A DNA stretch of 64,000 nucleotides from Rhina ancylostomus (Eukaryota). This document shows positions 37,561 to 51,070 of this stretch, one piece after another (positions within the stretch are counted from its first letter, which is position 1; every line of letters begins with the position of its first letter). A program made the position numbers and the translations under genes. The stretch spans positions 64,641,681 to 64,705,680 of the forward strand of contig JARFYF010000084.1 of assembly GCA_030265395.1 (NCBI GenBank). Reading direction: 5' to 3'. The notes under the pieces were generated by a model, which saw nothing but the letters and a program-made list of their open reading frames with translations, was not told where the DNA came from and ran no database searches.

Positions 37561-39377
37561 TCAATTTGGGAAAACAAAACGCTATAGCATCGTTGATAGG
37601 AATTTACATCCCTTAATACCCATGCTGTTTACATTTCCTCCCTTTAGCTTTAATGCAGCTTCATTTTTTTAAGGTATGGACAATGGTTCTAAAGTGTATT
37701 ATCTCATTCTTTAAAAAAATTGATGTTAAAGTTTATTTGCAATGTAACTTTGCAATCAGCTGGTTTTCTGGGTCTGAGGTCTTGCCAAATTGCAAGCTTG
37801 AGCCTGGTGAAAATTAAGCTGTTGCATATGACCTGGTCCTCTGTCAGAATTATTTGGTTGATTGCACACTGTAACCTACAGGGAGAAATGCAGCTCATAT
37901 TTTATTCTTCCCCAATAATTTGCTCTACAATTAGATTGTTGCACAGTAAGATATCAATGTATTTTCTTCCATTATCCTACTTTGCATCTCTTCATGCCAT
38001 TTGTTCTCACCAAGTAACTGGTTTGCTGATGTAGCCAATGTGGCTGGACAACAATCTGTTCCTCTCATTCAAAATGCCTTTGGCTCTACCTCAACTTGAT
38101 GGCATCTTTTAGATTTTGGTCTCTTTTGCAATTTATTTAATTGTAGCATTACTTTTTGAGAAATGATGGATGAATAATCTTTAACTGCCAGCTGCCACTT
38201 TTGGAAAAAAAATGAATGTTCAGAAATTGAAAATTAAAGTGATGCCACACACAAGGCTGAAGGGTCTCAAACCCTATTGTCGACTGTCCATTTTCCTCCA
38301 TAAATGCTGCCTGACCTGCTTTGTGCATTGTTCCAGGATCCAGAAACTGCAGTCTCTCATGTCTCCAATTAAAGTGATGCAATGGGTTGCATGGGGAGGG
38401 TGGGAGATCAGTTGAGAGCAGGACAGCAGCAACCCAGCCACCTCTTTGATTCAAAATGGTCCACCCGATGCAACTGTCCATGTAGTCTCCTTATGCCTAC
38501 TCATACAAGATGAGGATGATACTNNNNNNNNNNNNNNNNNTGCTTCATCTATTTGGAAGATGCCAGTAGCAACTATCAGCCTCAGATAAACCATGGGTGG
38601 TGCTTAAAGGAACTGCTGCTGATTCCTGGTAAAACATTTTGGGAAAATTTCAGTTTGTCTTTGAGGATCAGAAAGAACTTGAGTGCTCTTCCTGTACCAC
38701 CCTGGAATGCCTAGGTTGCCATCAGTCCTTTCAGGATCACAGCTGCTCCCATGAAATATCATTCTTATTCTCCCTACCCTATCACTGCACAGGCATTCCA
38801 TGTGCAAACCTCACTAACCATCCTATTGAGATTTCTATTTTACCTCTCCTGAAAATATTAATTGGCACCTCTCAGGCATCGTTTGACTGCATAAGTTCAG
38901 GAAGGTGGCTCACCACCAACTTCTCAAGAGCAGTTAGTAATGTGCAATAGACACTGGCCTTGCCAACAAAGCAGAAATCCCTAAAACCAGTACATATAGA
39001 CAACTTATCAAATGATCATTGGTCACTTGTGAGCTGAGACAATGGATATCATCTCATACTTGTGATGGGTAACAAATAAGCATAAAGCAAGGACCTATTG
39101 TTGGTTGATAGTTCTCTTACCTAGGATGAAGGTCCTATCTCACCACTCTCCTGGCTGAGGTCAGACTGCAGACGAAACCCGTATCTTACTTGAAAATCAG
39201 CTTTTCTGAAACTATATCTTTTCATAGAAACTGCCTGATCTGCTGAGTTGTTCCAGCACTCTCTGATTTTAGTTCTGAAACTGTTCTAATCTGTATAGAT
39301 TAATTCTACTCAGATTAATGTATTTGTTATTATCAAATATTTATTTTAATATATAACTATTCCATTGACCATAACAG

Positions 39378-39447
39378 CATTTAAGAACAGTTCAATCGAA
39401 ACATGCTTTGAAATACCTGGATTTGACTTAGAAGCTGAAATGACAAG
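39378..39447 (+). CDS. ABCB5: ABCB5 exon: first extracellular loop
   Basis: ataacag|ca ttt...aca ag|gtaaaa, phase 1->2; FKNSSIETCFEIPGFDLEAEMT(R), with N-glycosylation sequon NSS and the LExEMT motif. Confidence 0.88.
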
Positions 39448-39555
39448 GTAAAAGTATTATTTAATATTAAAATAAATTCAACTTTGTAATTGTCTGTATT
39501 TGCAGTTCATTCCAGTAAGTTTCCAGATTATTCACACAAAATTCTATTACCACAG

Positions 39556-39747
39556 ATATGCATACTATTTTGTGGCACTCGGATGTGCAGTCTTAATTTT
39601 AGGAACAATACATATGTCAATGTTTTCAGTTTCTGGCACAAGACAAACCAGAAGAATACGGCAAAAGTACTTTCATGCAATTCTTCACCAAGAGATAGCA
39701 TGGTTTGACTCACACCAAATTGGGGAACTAAATGCAAGACTGACAGA
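39556..39747 (+). CDS. ABCB5: ABCB5 exon: TM2 and ICL1
   Basis: cacag|a tat gca tac tat...aca ga|gtaagt, 192 nt; YAYYFVALG...RQTRRIRQKYFHAILHQEIAWFD...GELNARLT. Confidence 0.95.
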
Positions 39748-40405
39748 GTAAGTAATTGAGCTTTAGTATCTGGCCATGTTTAATTGATCCAAAATAGCAA
39801 TCGATTACGACAAATATTTATGGACCAGAAGTGCCTTATCTGCCAAAAACATTTTATCACTGATTTATCAAAGCTTTTATTATTGCTGTCCCAGAATGAT
39901 CTGATGTCAACATCACCTTTTTGCTTTACAATTAGCTATTACTACATCATTCATTATTATTGTTTAGCTACCTCATATTACTGTTTCTGTTTCATAACAT
40001 AAGAAATATTCCCAATTATTCTCTTAAATTTCAAGTTTTTCACTAAACCCACTTTCATGTGCAGCAGTAAGAAGAGTGAGATTTTTGTTGTTGGGATGTA
40101 AATTGTACATCCACCATATTGGAGTCTGTTGAAAGATACATTAGCATATGAAGGATGTGACAAACTTTACTGGCAGTTTTCAAATATTTTATTGATTTTA
40201 AAATGATGCAGTAAAGATTTAACTTGTAGCATATAATCAAACAGAATAATTGATACATTTTAGACTGCAATACCTGGTAGTATATAAATATATATAAAAA
40301 TAAATTGAAAGTCAGTTTATTCATGGGATTGTTTTAAGTGACACTGACACTATGAAGTAATTGCTGATGGCAGAGCCTATTATTCTGTTCTTTTTATATT
40401 AACAG

Positions 40406-40577
40406 TGATATTAAAATCATCAAAGAAGGTCTTTCAGACAAACCCAGCATAATCATCCAACTATTTGCCACTTTTGTGACGGGATTTATAATTGGATTTA
40501 TCTATGGATGGAAACTTACTTTGGTCATTTTATCAGTTTCTCCTTTTCTTGTTGCCTCAGTCGTTATGTGGACAAAG
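40406..40577 (+). CDS. ABCB5: ABCB5 exon: TM3-TM4
   Basis: aacag|t gat att...aca aag|gtataa, 172 nt; DIKIIKEGLSDK...GFIIGFIYGWKLTLVILSVSP. Confidence 0.95.
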
Positions 40578-41239
40578 GTATAAACACAACTTTTAAAGAA
40601 TACATATGCATGAGAAAGTAGGATTCAGTATGCTATTAAATGTGCAATATAGTTGGAATAGATAAAGAGGACAATTGTAGTATATACTCCCATAAGTCAG
40701 GTCATGAAAAATGCTAACATTTTGATAATTGTGACAAAATTTAATGTAATCTGTGACAAAGTAAACACATGTATTTTTCAAATCAAATAATATATTCCAT
40801 AAAGTAATTTTGGAATAGGTATTACTATATCAATTATGCTGATCAATATTTTATGCACCTGTGCTTCAAAAAGACAGGTTGTGTCATTTTAGACATCAGG
40901 CCAGAGGCTGAGATATAAAAAGATAATTTAATAACTTTGAAAATATAGAAGATGGGTAGGGTAACAACAAGTGTAACAATAATTAATATGTTTAGTACTT
41001 TGAAGACTATTAAATTAAAAACAGCACTTAAAGTCCTAGTTAGAGTAAGGCTGTGTGGGTAACCCACGCCACTTTAGTGCAAAGTCTTTAGGTTGTGATA
41101 TTCTACAAGATCCATGGCCAGTGTGTTGTGGAATATATTTTGTACTATTGAACTCTCACAAAAGCTATGAATTTATACCATTATAGATCGCAAAGATCAT
41201 GAAGGAATTGTTTTGGAGACTAGATTGAGGATAGGGCAG

Positions 41240-41930
41240 GAAAAAATAATCATGACAGAAGACCTGAAAGGCAGGGTATGGTGGGGAAAGAATCATGATG
41301 GGAAAAGTTGTAACTGTGGGACGANNNNNNNNNNNNNNNNNNNNNNNNGCTCTTGATGTGCAAATCACTGAGGATGAAAGGGTGTTAGCTATGGAGGCAA
41401 TTGGTAAAGTAACTATGTAGATAATTTGGCAGTAGTGAATGGTGGATATGTTTCCGAGGATTTGGTATGCAGAGGCTGAGAAGGGTTTAAGTCAAAGAGA
41501 AGACTGGGTGCCGGGGCCACGAAGATAACGTAGGGAAGAGGGTAGTGGGATGATTAGTAATCCGCTCCAACCTGAAACATCAACTCTTTTTCTCTTTCTA
41601 CTGATGCTGCCTGACCTTTTGAGTATTCCCAGCATTTTCTGTTTTTATTTCAGAATTCCAGCATCTGCAGTTTTTGATTGCCAGTCACGTAGAGAAACAT
41701 ACAGGACGAAAAAAGAACCAATAAGTGGAGAGAAGGAAGGTGTACAGGGTGGTACAGAGAGGAAGAGGAAGGGGGAGGGCAGGTAATGATGGGGGAGAAT
41801 AACAGGTGGTGGTGAGTTGTGATGAAGATATGGAGGTTGGTGAGGTTTGCTTGCTAGAATCAGAGTTAAACATGAGAAGTCCAGAGATAGTCGGAGTCGG
41901 CCGAACAGTCTCCACTATTCCCTCCCCATC
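41240..41930 (-). mobile_element. Old L2-like fragments with a Penelope-like remnant inserted at ~41565-41680
   Basis: purine-rich L2 wording; ctgatgctgcctgacctttt gagtattcccagcattttctgtttttatttcaga motif. Confidence 0.45.
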
Positions 41931-42548
41931 CATCAAACTATCTCCACTATACCCAGCAGATCGAAACCCACCTGTTTTTAGGATTTAAATTTATCCCCCT
42001 TCACTTCGCCTTTGTTGCCAAGAAACAAGGGATGTTAATAGGTTGAAAGAGCTTGAAGCTCATTTCCACTATCTTTGGTCTGAGTCATAAGCAAGACTGG
42101 AAAATTCTTGGTTCCCTGCTCTCAAAAGAGAGATCTGAGTAGTGAACTTTTGGGATGGGTGTAAATGTTTTAAAATATTGTTTAAAAAAACAAAACTAAT
42201 AATTTAGAATTATTTAACAGGAGTAGTAATCAGTTAAAGGTACAACCTGGCAAAACAGTTCTTGAAGGCCAATAAAAGAAATTGTTTAATCATGCAAAAA
42301 GCCACATATCTGCATAATAGACAATAAATTGAAGACATCTCCCCACTCTTCCCTACCCCCTGCCAAATCATTTATGAAACAATTACCTGCTGGAATACAG
42401 AGGCTTCAGGGTCTCTCATCACAGAATTGATCCAAATGAACTAAATCCCTCCTTATCAGTAATGTGTTTGTATCATTTAATCTCCCATACAATCTGTGGT
42501 TTAATTGATGTTGCTTATTATTACCATTTTATCTCATTTTAAAAACAG

Positions 42549-42673
42549 TTTATAACATCGCTGACCAATGCAGAATTGAAAGCCTATGCCAAAGCAAGTG
42601 CTGTGTGTGAAGAAGTTCTCATGGCAATAAGGACTGTTTTTGCATTCAGTGGACAACAGAAAGCTCTAGCAAG
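42549..42673 (+). CDS. ABCB5: ABCB5 exon: ICL2
   Basis: aacag|ttt ata...gca ag|gtaagt, 125 nt; ELKAYAKASAVCEEVLMAIRTVFAFSGQQK. Confidence 0.95.
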
Positions 42674-44568
42674 GTAAGTTTTATTCAAACCTTTCTTAAA
42701 GGTCAAACACATCATAATGCAGCTCATTGCAATCAGTTGGTAGTCACCATAGGTGTTTCCTGTCAATCAATCTATGGACTCTGCTCTTGGCAGTAAGTAA
42801 TAAATACGCAAAAGAAAGAGACTTGAAAATAATTAGAGCAAGAATCATTTAAAAGAAAAATTCAAACATACATCTGCAATGGGAATAAATGGGATATAAG
42901 TAAAGAAACAATGATCTGTAAGAATGCAAGCAGAATTTTGATAGAAAGCTGAAATGTGGAACACAAGTATGAATTATTTACTCAATAAATTAGATGCAAC
43001 ATGTTGTGGTGAGCTGTAAAAATGTTAAGAATCTCAAACCCACACCATCAAAGTCTACCCACTTTCAGCTTTAAAAGAGGTGTGACAGGAATAGGGTTTG
43101 TCAACCAATCTGCTTCTAAGAGGTGGCTTGTTCACTTAACTATTTTAGTGAGTGTGCATGCCCAACATTTTTAAGATTGACATTGACTGGCCACATTTCT
43201 GGCAGCTGAAGGGAGCTGGAAGTAAATGGCTTTGCAATAGAACTTGTGAGCCAGAAAAAATAGGAATGATTCCACCCTTCTCTTAAACTACCCAATTTTC
43301 AACACCCAGCAATTGACCTTAGATCAGAACCATCTGTCACACCCCTAATTTGATTGGATCCAGCCAGAATCTGGTTCTTCCCAGCCATAAGCACCCCCTG
43401 AACTGGCTCCTCCAATCCCATCTACCCCCTCCCAATTACCAATTCTATTCCCTTTGATTCTCTGCAATTTGGTGTTGCCTCTCCAATCTCTTGACCCCTT
43501 CTTCATCCATACTGATCTCCCTCAACTCTTCAATTCAGTTCTTCTAAGCCCTCCCAAACCTTCCACTCTTGGTATTATCATTTCTCAAACTTGAGGATCT
43601 TGCACCAAGCTTTTATTTACCCCATAATTTTTCTGCACTCTGATCATCCCAACCTATTCAATAACTCCCAGATCTTATCTCCCCAAAAATATGCTCCCCT
43701 TCCCTTATTTTGATTTCCTTGAACTGATAACAAAACCTTCTAATTATCCTAGCCTTTCCGATCTAGTTGCACCGTTCCCAATCTCATTTAATAATTCTGA
43801 GCCCTCTACATCCCTTCTAATTCACTCAACAGTCCCATTTCCCCACAACCCTACCACCTTACCTTCAACTCTTCCCACAGCTCTCCCAATCTCAACTCCA
43901 CCATTCTTCCCTGCTCCCTTTGATCTTCCCACCTGTCAACCTTTCTGCTCTCCCATGATCCATTAGCCTCAACTATAATGTTGGACTTCAATCCACATTC
44001 CCGTGATACTGGAATTTACACTACTTTGTCCTTGGCCTTTCCTGCTGCTTCTCTGCCTCCTTTCATTCCCCTGCTGTGAAGTGGGCTGACACATTGGACA
44101 GACAGTCAATTTCTCAATTAGATGACTACAGCCAGGAAATAAAGTACGTAAATCAGAACTGCTATTAAATTCATCAGAATTTGAAGAAAAGCTGATTCCT
44201 CAATTACCAAAATGAACAACCTACACACTTTACCTGACATCATTCCCTAAGCATCATCATAACATATCCATCTCTCTCACCCACACACTTATCAATATTG
44301 ACACCTATCGATCTATGTACTTGACGATCCATGAAAACACTAAAAGGTCACCTTTCAGAAACCATATTGTGTGGCAATGCATATTTTGATGTATACACAC
44401 CTATGGTTCAACTTCCATTTAAGCTTGTCACACTAAACCTGAGTTGACGCAGGTAAATTTAAGTGTTGGTTAGAAGCAGAACCACAACATTATGACTATT
44501 GAAATAGACAGTGAGAGAAATTTATCAAGTTGTGTCCTGGAAATCACAATAATTTTTCATTATTTCAG

Positions 44569-44746
44569 ATACAAAGTCAACCTAAAGCAAGCCAAGGAGA
44601 TTGGAGTAAAGAAATCTGTCATCACATATGTTTCAATAGGTTTATCGGAGTTTTTAATGTATGGCTCCTATGCTCTTGCATTTTGGTATGGGTCAAAGTT
44701 GGTTGTGGATGAGCCAGAAAATTATTCAGTTGGACAAATTTTGATT
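44569..44746 (+). CDS. ABCB5: ABCB5 exon: TM5
   Basis: tttcag|a tac aaa...ttg att|gtgagt; YKVNLKQAKEIGVKK...YGSYALAFWYGSKLV. Confidence 0.95.
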
Positions 44747-45459
44747 GTGAGTATGCATTTTTATAATCAAATTGCTGCTAACTGTTTAACAAGTTCACTT
44801 TACAAGTCGTGACTTTTACACCTGATCCATTAACAGTCAGTAGAATTCAAGGCTGCCAAGCACTGGGGGAGGAAACACCAGTCTTGATACTTAAGTAAAT
44901 GAAACAAAATCTCTGCAGCCAGGAAAGAGCAACAGATTCTAGTAAAACCAAATTATGGTTATTTCCAGTGATCCTTACATTCTTCCCCTCTACTTGCTGG
45001 CCTCCAACCACTGCTTATCTGAATGTATACCATGCCAGGTCACTGACTCATTGACAAAACAAGAAAAAATATCTATCACTTAAATCTTATAATGCCATGT
45101 CACTTCTGTAAGATCTTTTTTTTCCCCAAGGATCACAGATTACCTTGAGAGTTATGGACAATATAATGACTGCAAAACAGTTCTACAACCTATAACAAAT
45201 ATGATGATTGAATTAGTCAAAGAATAGTGAGATGTCTCAGCATTGGCTGTGGACAACAAATATCTCCTTGATTCTCTTTTTGGTCTTCTCTGGCTGGTCA
45301 GAGGGTTAAATCAAGACAAACCAGTACTGGCATGAGTTCAACCTTGAGAAGCACTCAATTAGCTGCCTTCTTTTCACCCTTCATGCTCTAGCTTAGATGC
45401 CCTATTTATTTAAGGGGTATTAAATAAATTTGTTTTACCCAAATATTGACACTTTTCCT

Positions 45460-45538
45460 ATCCAAGTGTTTAGAGTAATTTTAAATTGTCATTTAGTGTT
45501 TAATCCAAGTGTTTAGAGCCATTTTAAATTGTCATTTA
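45460..45538. repeat. Tandem duplication, ~36-bp unit with 43-bp period
   Basis: atccaagtgtttagag[ta/cc]attttaaattgtcattta twice. Confidence 0.8.
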
Positions 45539-45624
45539 ATATAAATATCTCCTTTGCACAGCTTTTGGAAATGCTTCAGATAAAAGAAATACAACTCAGT
45601 AATTAACCTCCAATCATTTTACAG

Positions 45625-45738
45625 ATACTTTTCTCAATCATAATTGCAGCATTCTCAGTTGGTCAGGGACTAGCAAACTTTGAAGAAGTTTCAAAGGCTC
45701 GAGGTGCTGCTTATGAAATATATCATCTTATTGCAAAG
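45625..45738 (+). CDS. ABCB5: ABCB5 exon: TM6
   Basis: tttacag|ata ctt...gca aag|gtaaat, 114 nt; ILFSIIIAAFSVGQGLANFEEVSKARGAAYEIY. Confidence 0.94.
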
Positions 45739-46255
45739 GTAAATAACATCTTTTGTATTTTTCTCACATGTGGTTTTGGTGTACTTGTTTAAAGAGGATT
45801 CCTTTAATGGTGTTTGAGTAAGAGGAGAGTGGTTCATTCCACAGACTGCTGTTTTAGTAATTTCAGCCAGATAACTAATAGAAGTCTCAGGCTAGGAAGC
45901 AACATAACAAACTAAATTTCTTTACTTCAATCTCTGACCAGCCTTAGCTGATGAAAAGTGAAACAAAATGGGTTGCTAATGGCCCATTGATGTAATTTCT
46001 AACAGATGTTAATTATGCATCATAAAGGAAGATAGACAACAGTTCAGATAATGAGAGGGTTGCTAGCCCTGGTTAAAAAAACTGCATACAACAATAACTT
46101 AGTAGAAATGTAGAAAAGCAAAACCACTCGTGAGAGCATATAAACAAAAGGTAATATATATAACTACATGTTCGGCAGCCACAGATGTGATTTGATTTTT
46201 TTTTAACCAACATATTACATTTAAATTTTTTTTGTTTGTGTATCTTTGTTTCCAG

Positions 46256-46366
46256 GATCGTCCTATAGATAGCAGCTCCAATGATGGTCATAAGCTTGAT
46301 AGTATCAAAGGAGATATTGAATTCAAGGATATCCATTTCAGTTATCCAACTAGACCAGATTCAAAA
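46256..46366 (+). CDS. ABCB5: ABCB5 exon: NBD1 start with A-loop
   Basis: ttccag|gat cgt...tca aaa|gtatgc, 111 nt; [33 protein letters not shown]. Confidence 0.95.
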
Positions 46367-47097
46367 GTATGCTTTTTTCATTGTTTATTTCATTTGCTTA
46401 CATAAATATATAGACAATGTGAAAGTAATAATTTGTGTTAGTTGATCAATAAATGAAAAACCACTTGACCAAGAAGAGTGGAATGACAAACCTTGAATCT
46501 CACTTAACAATGGATTGCAAGAAGTGGAACTAATTCCTTTGGCTTCAGATTCTAGATGAAATGGAGAAGAAGGGCATTTGGAGTGAAATTTACTTCTGGT
46601 TTCAGAATGTGATGCAGAATTCCGACATGAAGAGGGAATACGTCCCTTCCATTCCACTATCTGAAATCTTTTGAGAAAGGAATCTGGTACTCCAGCAAAC
46701 ATCCAACCTCTTTGAATAGCCCTGTTGCTAGAGTTCTACACAACAGCCTGTTTTAGGCATACACAATGCAAGATGGGAAGGCAACAATTACATTTTGTAG
46801 AGGCAGCATTTATACCAAATCATCTTTAAGCAAGTATGGAAAAATGGCACTAAGTATGCTAATGAATCTTACAGAGATATGTTTCCTTAGCAGAGTTTGC
46901 ATTACCTTACTTTTTAAAAAAATATTGTTAAAATCATTTGCTAAAGTCATTAGTGACTTATAGAATATGGAGCTAAGTCACGTAATAAACAGACTGTTGT
47001 TTGAAAGAGGAAATACTGTCTTATTCATTACGTAAGCAAGGCTAAAGATTAACTTTGATTTCTGATCAGTACAATTGTGTCATAACAATTGTTTGTA

Positions 47098-47380
47098 AGA
47101 TAAGATATAAGATGAAAGATATCTTTATTAGTCACATGTACATCGAAACACATCTTTTGCGTAGAGCATTCTGGGGGCAACCCGCAAGTGTCGCCACGCT
47201 CCCAGTGCCAACATAGCACGCCCACAACTTCCTAACCTGTACATCTTTGGCATGTAAGAGAAAACCAGAGCACCCAGAGGACGCAGACACAGGGAGAATG
47301 TACAAATAGTGGCCAGAATTCAACCCAGGTCACTGGTGCTGTAATAGCATTATGCTAACGACTACTCTACCATGCCTGCC
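47098..47380 (-). mobile_element. V-SINE-type element with a non-CR1 (AATAAA + short repeat) tail
   Basis: same core as 34754-34992 (aaaaccagagcacccagagga...gggagaatgtacaaa) but the minus-strand tail reads gatgtacatgtgactaataaagatatctt. Confidence 0.8.
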
Positions 47381-47694
47381 ACTTTCTGGAAGGCCGAACT
47401 AACCCAGACTGGCTTACTCTCATCTCTGTAAACCAGAGTAGATCAGTAATACACAGCTCATAAATGGAATTATAATACTTAAATATAAATTTGCAACATT
47501 TTATATTTTGTTATTAAATATTTCTAACTTACTTCAGAATGCATGATTAAAATATGTGGAGCCAAAAGGAAAAAAAAAGAAAGGAATGAAAAGTTATTGT
47601 AATATAATAATATGCGTGCAATCTCTTTGTTTCTAAATTATATCACATTCTCATCATTTTTAAATAATTATAACTCTCTAGTTTTCTTTTGTAG

Positions 47695-47820
47695 ATTCTT
47701 AATGGTTTAAATGTGAAGGTTACAAAGGGGCAGACCATTGCACTGGTTGGAGCTAGTGGCTGTGGTAAAAGCACAACAATCCAACTACTCCAGCGTTTCT
47801 ATGACCCTCAAGCAGGACAG
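47695..47820 (+). CDS. ABCB5: ABCB5 exon: NBD1 Walker A
   Basis: ttttgtag|att ctt...gga cag|gtgagt, 126 nt; [23 protein letters not shown]. Confidence 0.97.
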
Positions 47821-48059
47821 GTGAGTGTAAGATGTGCGTATGGAGGTGTGGAGAGTTCACTTAGTGGCACTAACCTGTGTGAAATAGGAGGGGTAGGTTC
47901 ATATTGATACCATGCCAAATCACAGGCAGGCAGTTTGGTATTGAAACTTTGCCTATTAACTGTAAAACATGCCACATGCTAAATTAATGAAGGGTTGTGA
48001 TGCAATAATATAACAACTGTCATAATTTTAAAATGCCAGTTGGTATTAAAGAGTAATGA

Positions 48060-48350
48060 AAAGTTATGCTGCATAAGACCTTTCAGCCCATTGTGTTTAT
48101 GCTGGCCAAAATGCATTGTAAATGAATCCCACATCCAAGCACCCAGTCCCAGTTCTATTAAGTTATAGCTCTTCAGGTGGTTACCTGAAAACCTTTACAG
48201 TCTGGCAATGATTTCTGCCTCCACCACCCTTTTCAGGTAGTCAGTTTCGGACCCCACTAGTCAATGAGTGAAAAACTTTTCTTCACTTCCCTCTAACCCT
48301 TCTACCAATTAACTCACACCTAAGCCTTTTAGTCATTGAATATTCTGCTT
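48060..48350 (-). mobile_element. CR1 3' end remnant
   Basis: agacctttcagcccat tail; tttctgcctccaccacccttttcagg. Confidence 0.55.
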
Positions 48351-48351
48351 C

Positions 48352-48571
48352 ATGATCATTATTTTTTGGACTCCTTGCACTGCACTTTCTCTGTAGCTGT
48401 GACATTTTACTCTACTGTTATTGTTTTTACCTGTACTACATCAATGGACTCTGTACTAACTCAATGCAACTGCACTGTGTAATGTATTGACCTGTATGAT
48501 TGGTATGCAAGACAAGTTTTTCACTGTACCTCGGTACAAGTGACAATAATAAACTAATACCAATACCAATA
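48352..48571 (+). mobile_element. 3' UTR of a Rex1/RTE-like LINE
   Basis: tttttcactgtacctcggtacaagtgacaataataaa followed by (ataccaat)n-like tail; family assignment is inferred. Confidence 0.55.
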
Positions 48572-48599
48572 ATGTCCTGGTTATGTCCTAGTTATGCCC

Positions 48600-49030
48600 T
48601 AGTGGGCATAAAAGTAGATAAATCCCCAGGGCCTGATAAGATGCATCTCTGGCTACAGGAGGTAAGGGAAGAAATTGATGGGGTCTTGATCGAGATTTTT
48701 AAATCTTCACTGGCCACAGATGAATTGCCAGATGGTTGGACAACAACTGTGGTACCCTTATTCCTTTATTCAAGAAGGGTAGGAGGAATAAGACAAGTAA
48801 TTAGAGGCCTGTGATTCTGACGTTAGTGGTAAAAAAGTTAGTGGAAAAATATTTGAGGGGTAGCATCAATCTACACTTCATAGGGCAGAGATTAATCAAA
48901 GAGAGTCTCTATGGCTTTGTTAGGGGAGTTTCTGTCCAACTAAATTTGATTCAATTTGTTAAAAGGGTAACAAAGTAAGAACAATGTGCTCCATGTAGTC
49001 AACATGGATTTTAATAAGTTGGGAATGGAC
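48600..49030 (+). mobile_element. CR1 RT N-terminal fragment
   Basis: IKVDKSPGPDKMH...EIFKSSLAT; tatggctttgttaggg; gtcaacatggattttaataag. Confidence 0.75.
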
Positions 49031-50906
49031 AAACACCGGGGAGTTTGCTCTTTTTCCTTCATCATCGTGTTAGCCATTTCAGCAGCTGCTCCATGGCTGC
49101 CATTGAGAGAAATTTTTAAAGTTTCACTGTCTTCCCGTTCAGTCAGTGTGACAGTAAAACAACAACTGTAAGCTCTGCATACAGCTACAGACAGGAACCA
49201 TGCAGACTCATTTAACACCTAATTCCTACTTCTCTTTATTTTTGTCCAATTCTACAAATTTTTTGGAAGATCTGAAATGGTGTTGGTACAATATGCAGCA
49301 TGTATTTAGTTCTCCGAAAGAAGGAGATCTCCATTTTCTAAAGAATGCTGACTTAACGTTCATTAGGTATTTGTATGTGGACTTATTCAGAGTTAAAAGA
49401 AAAAATAAGAAGGCAGGAAGTCTTACATTATGTTTCAACTTTTATAACCATGAAATCCAGAAAGGCTCTTGTATCATTTCATTTGTATTCCTGGACATGA
49501 TCAGGACTAAGACACCATCTGATCAGTAATCCTCTGGTCACTAAATCTTCCAACCTTTCTATTCATAGCAAATCTCTTGCTTATCTTTATTTATCAAATC
49601 TATTGTGATGGACATTGCTTTCATCATAAAATGTTTTATATTATTTGTTGTCTATATGAGATTTCAGCTCAAGCAAAATGGTATCAGTAGAAATAAAGCT
49701 GCATCAGATGTTTCTGAAAGAATTTAATTTGTTTAAATGTAATAATACACATGAACTGCATTTTCCATAGATATCCTGATCAATTTTGTAAAGATGTAGG
49801 TGCAGGAAATTGTGTGACTACTTTTCCAGTTACTGGGAGCAACAGTGGCTGTTGACCACACTCAAGCAAATACAAATAGATGCATTCAAGCTGAACACTG
49901 ATTCTTTTCATCACTTTGTGAATAAGGAACTGCATGCAGGGCTCATGACTAAAGTTAGGACACTCGGGGCAAAAAGTTGAAAGTATGACAAATAGACAGC
50001 AGAGAGCAGGGTGAATGAAAGACATTCAGATTTGAGGAAGGTGGAAAGTTCTGGTCCAAAGGATAAAAGCTGGAATCACTGTTATTCATAATATTCATAA
50101 AAGATTCAGACTTGGAAACAAGTTGTTGGCAACATATTTGCAATTGCCAAAACTGGGAATAATATAGAGAAAAAATTGCATGCATGCAGACTCAGCAATT
50201 AACTGAGAAATTAACTTCAGCAGAAATAATTGCAATGTGGTTTAGAAATTATTTCAGGCAGTTCCAAAGAATGTGCTTTAGAAAACCGGCTTAACCTATA
50301 GTAGAACAATTCCATGTACATTTCTGGACATCATAGCATCTGTCAAGAAATTCATCTCCTCAATTGTTAGTGGGATTTTCATTCTTCATTTTCTCTGACA
50401 TAAAACTCCCCCAAATTGTATCATTAATAGCATCATTGCATCAAATTGCATCATTAAACGTGCATAAATCATATACAGTGAGGTTTTCAAACTGGTTTGA
50501 AAATTGACAATTCTACCTTACTCACCAAACAAACCAAATTTTACTGCCTCACCTTCCCAAAAACCATTCTATTTGAAGGGCAAACACACAAATTGCAGTC
50601 TTTGCCTTCACTGAGATTTCTGACCTTATGTGACTTCAAATACAATCTTGCATGTGTGCCTGGACTGCCTTGGTCTTGGAAGTCAGAATCGCAATCTCAC
50701 TCAGCTTCCTTGCCTTAGGATGTTTCTGGTCTGCTCCTGGTAATTTCTGCCATGCCTCACTATTTGCTGCCCATGGAAGTCTCCTAAGCTTCATATTCAA
50801 AGACAGNNNNNNNNNNNNNNNNNNNNNNNNNNNNNNNNNNNNNNNNNNNNNNNNNNNNNNNNNNNNNNNNNNNNNNNNNNNNNNNNNNNNNNNNNNNNNN
50901 NNNNNN

Positions 50907-51070
50907 ACCTGTACGTCTTTGGAATGTGGGAGGAAACCGGAGCTTCCGGAGGAAACCCACACAGACATGGGGAGAACATACAAACTTCTTACAGACAGTG
51001 ATGGGAACTGAATCCCGATCACTGGTGCTGTAATAGCGTCACGCTAACTGCTACGCTACCATGCTGCTCC
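50907..51070 (-). mobile_element. HE1/V-SINE, young copy, tail lost in gap
   Basis: gtctttggaatgtgggaggaaaccggagc...gggagaacatacaaac...gctaactgctacgctaccatgctgc. Confidence 0.85.

Noticed and set aside
43691-43966. Pro/Ser/Thr-rich 91-aa ORF resembling a mucin-like exon
   Set aside because: By-product of C-rich low complexity; the flanking ABCB5 exons join in phase without it.
45460-45538. Direct repeats with a short spacer resembling a CRISPR unit
   Set aside because: Only two copies with a 7-nt spacer in a vertebrate intron and no cas genes: a local tandem duplication.
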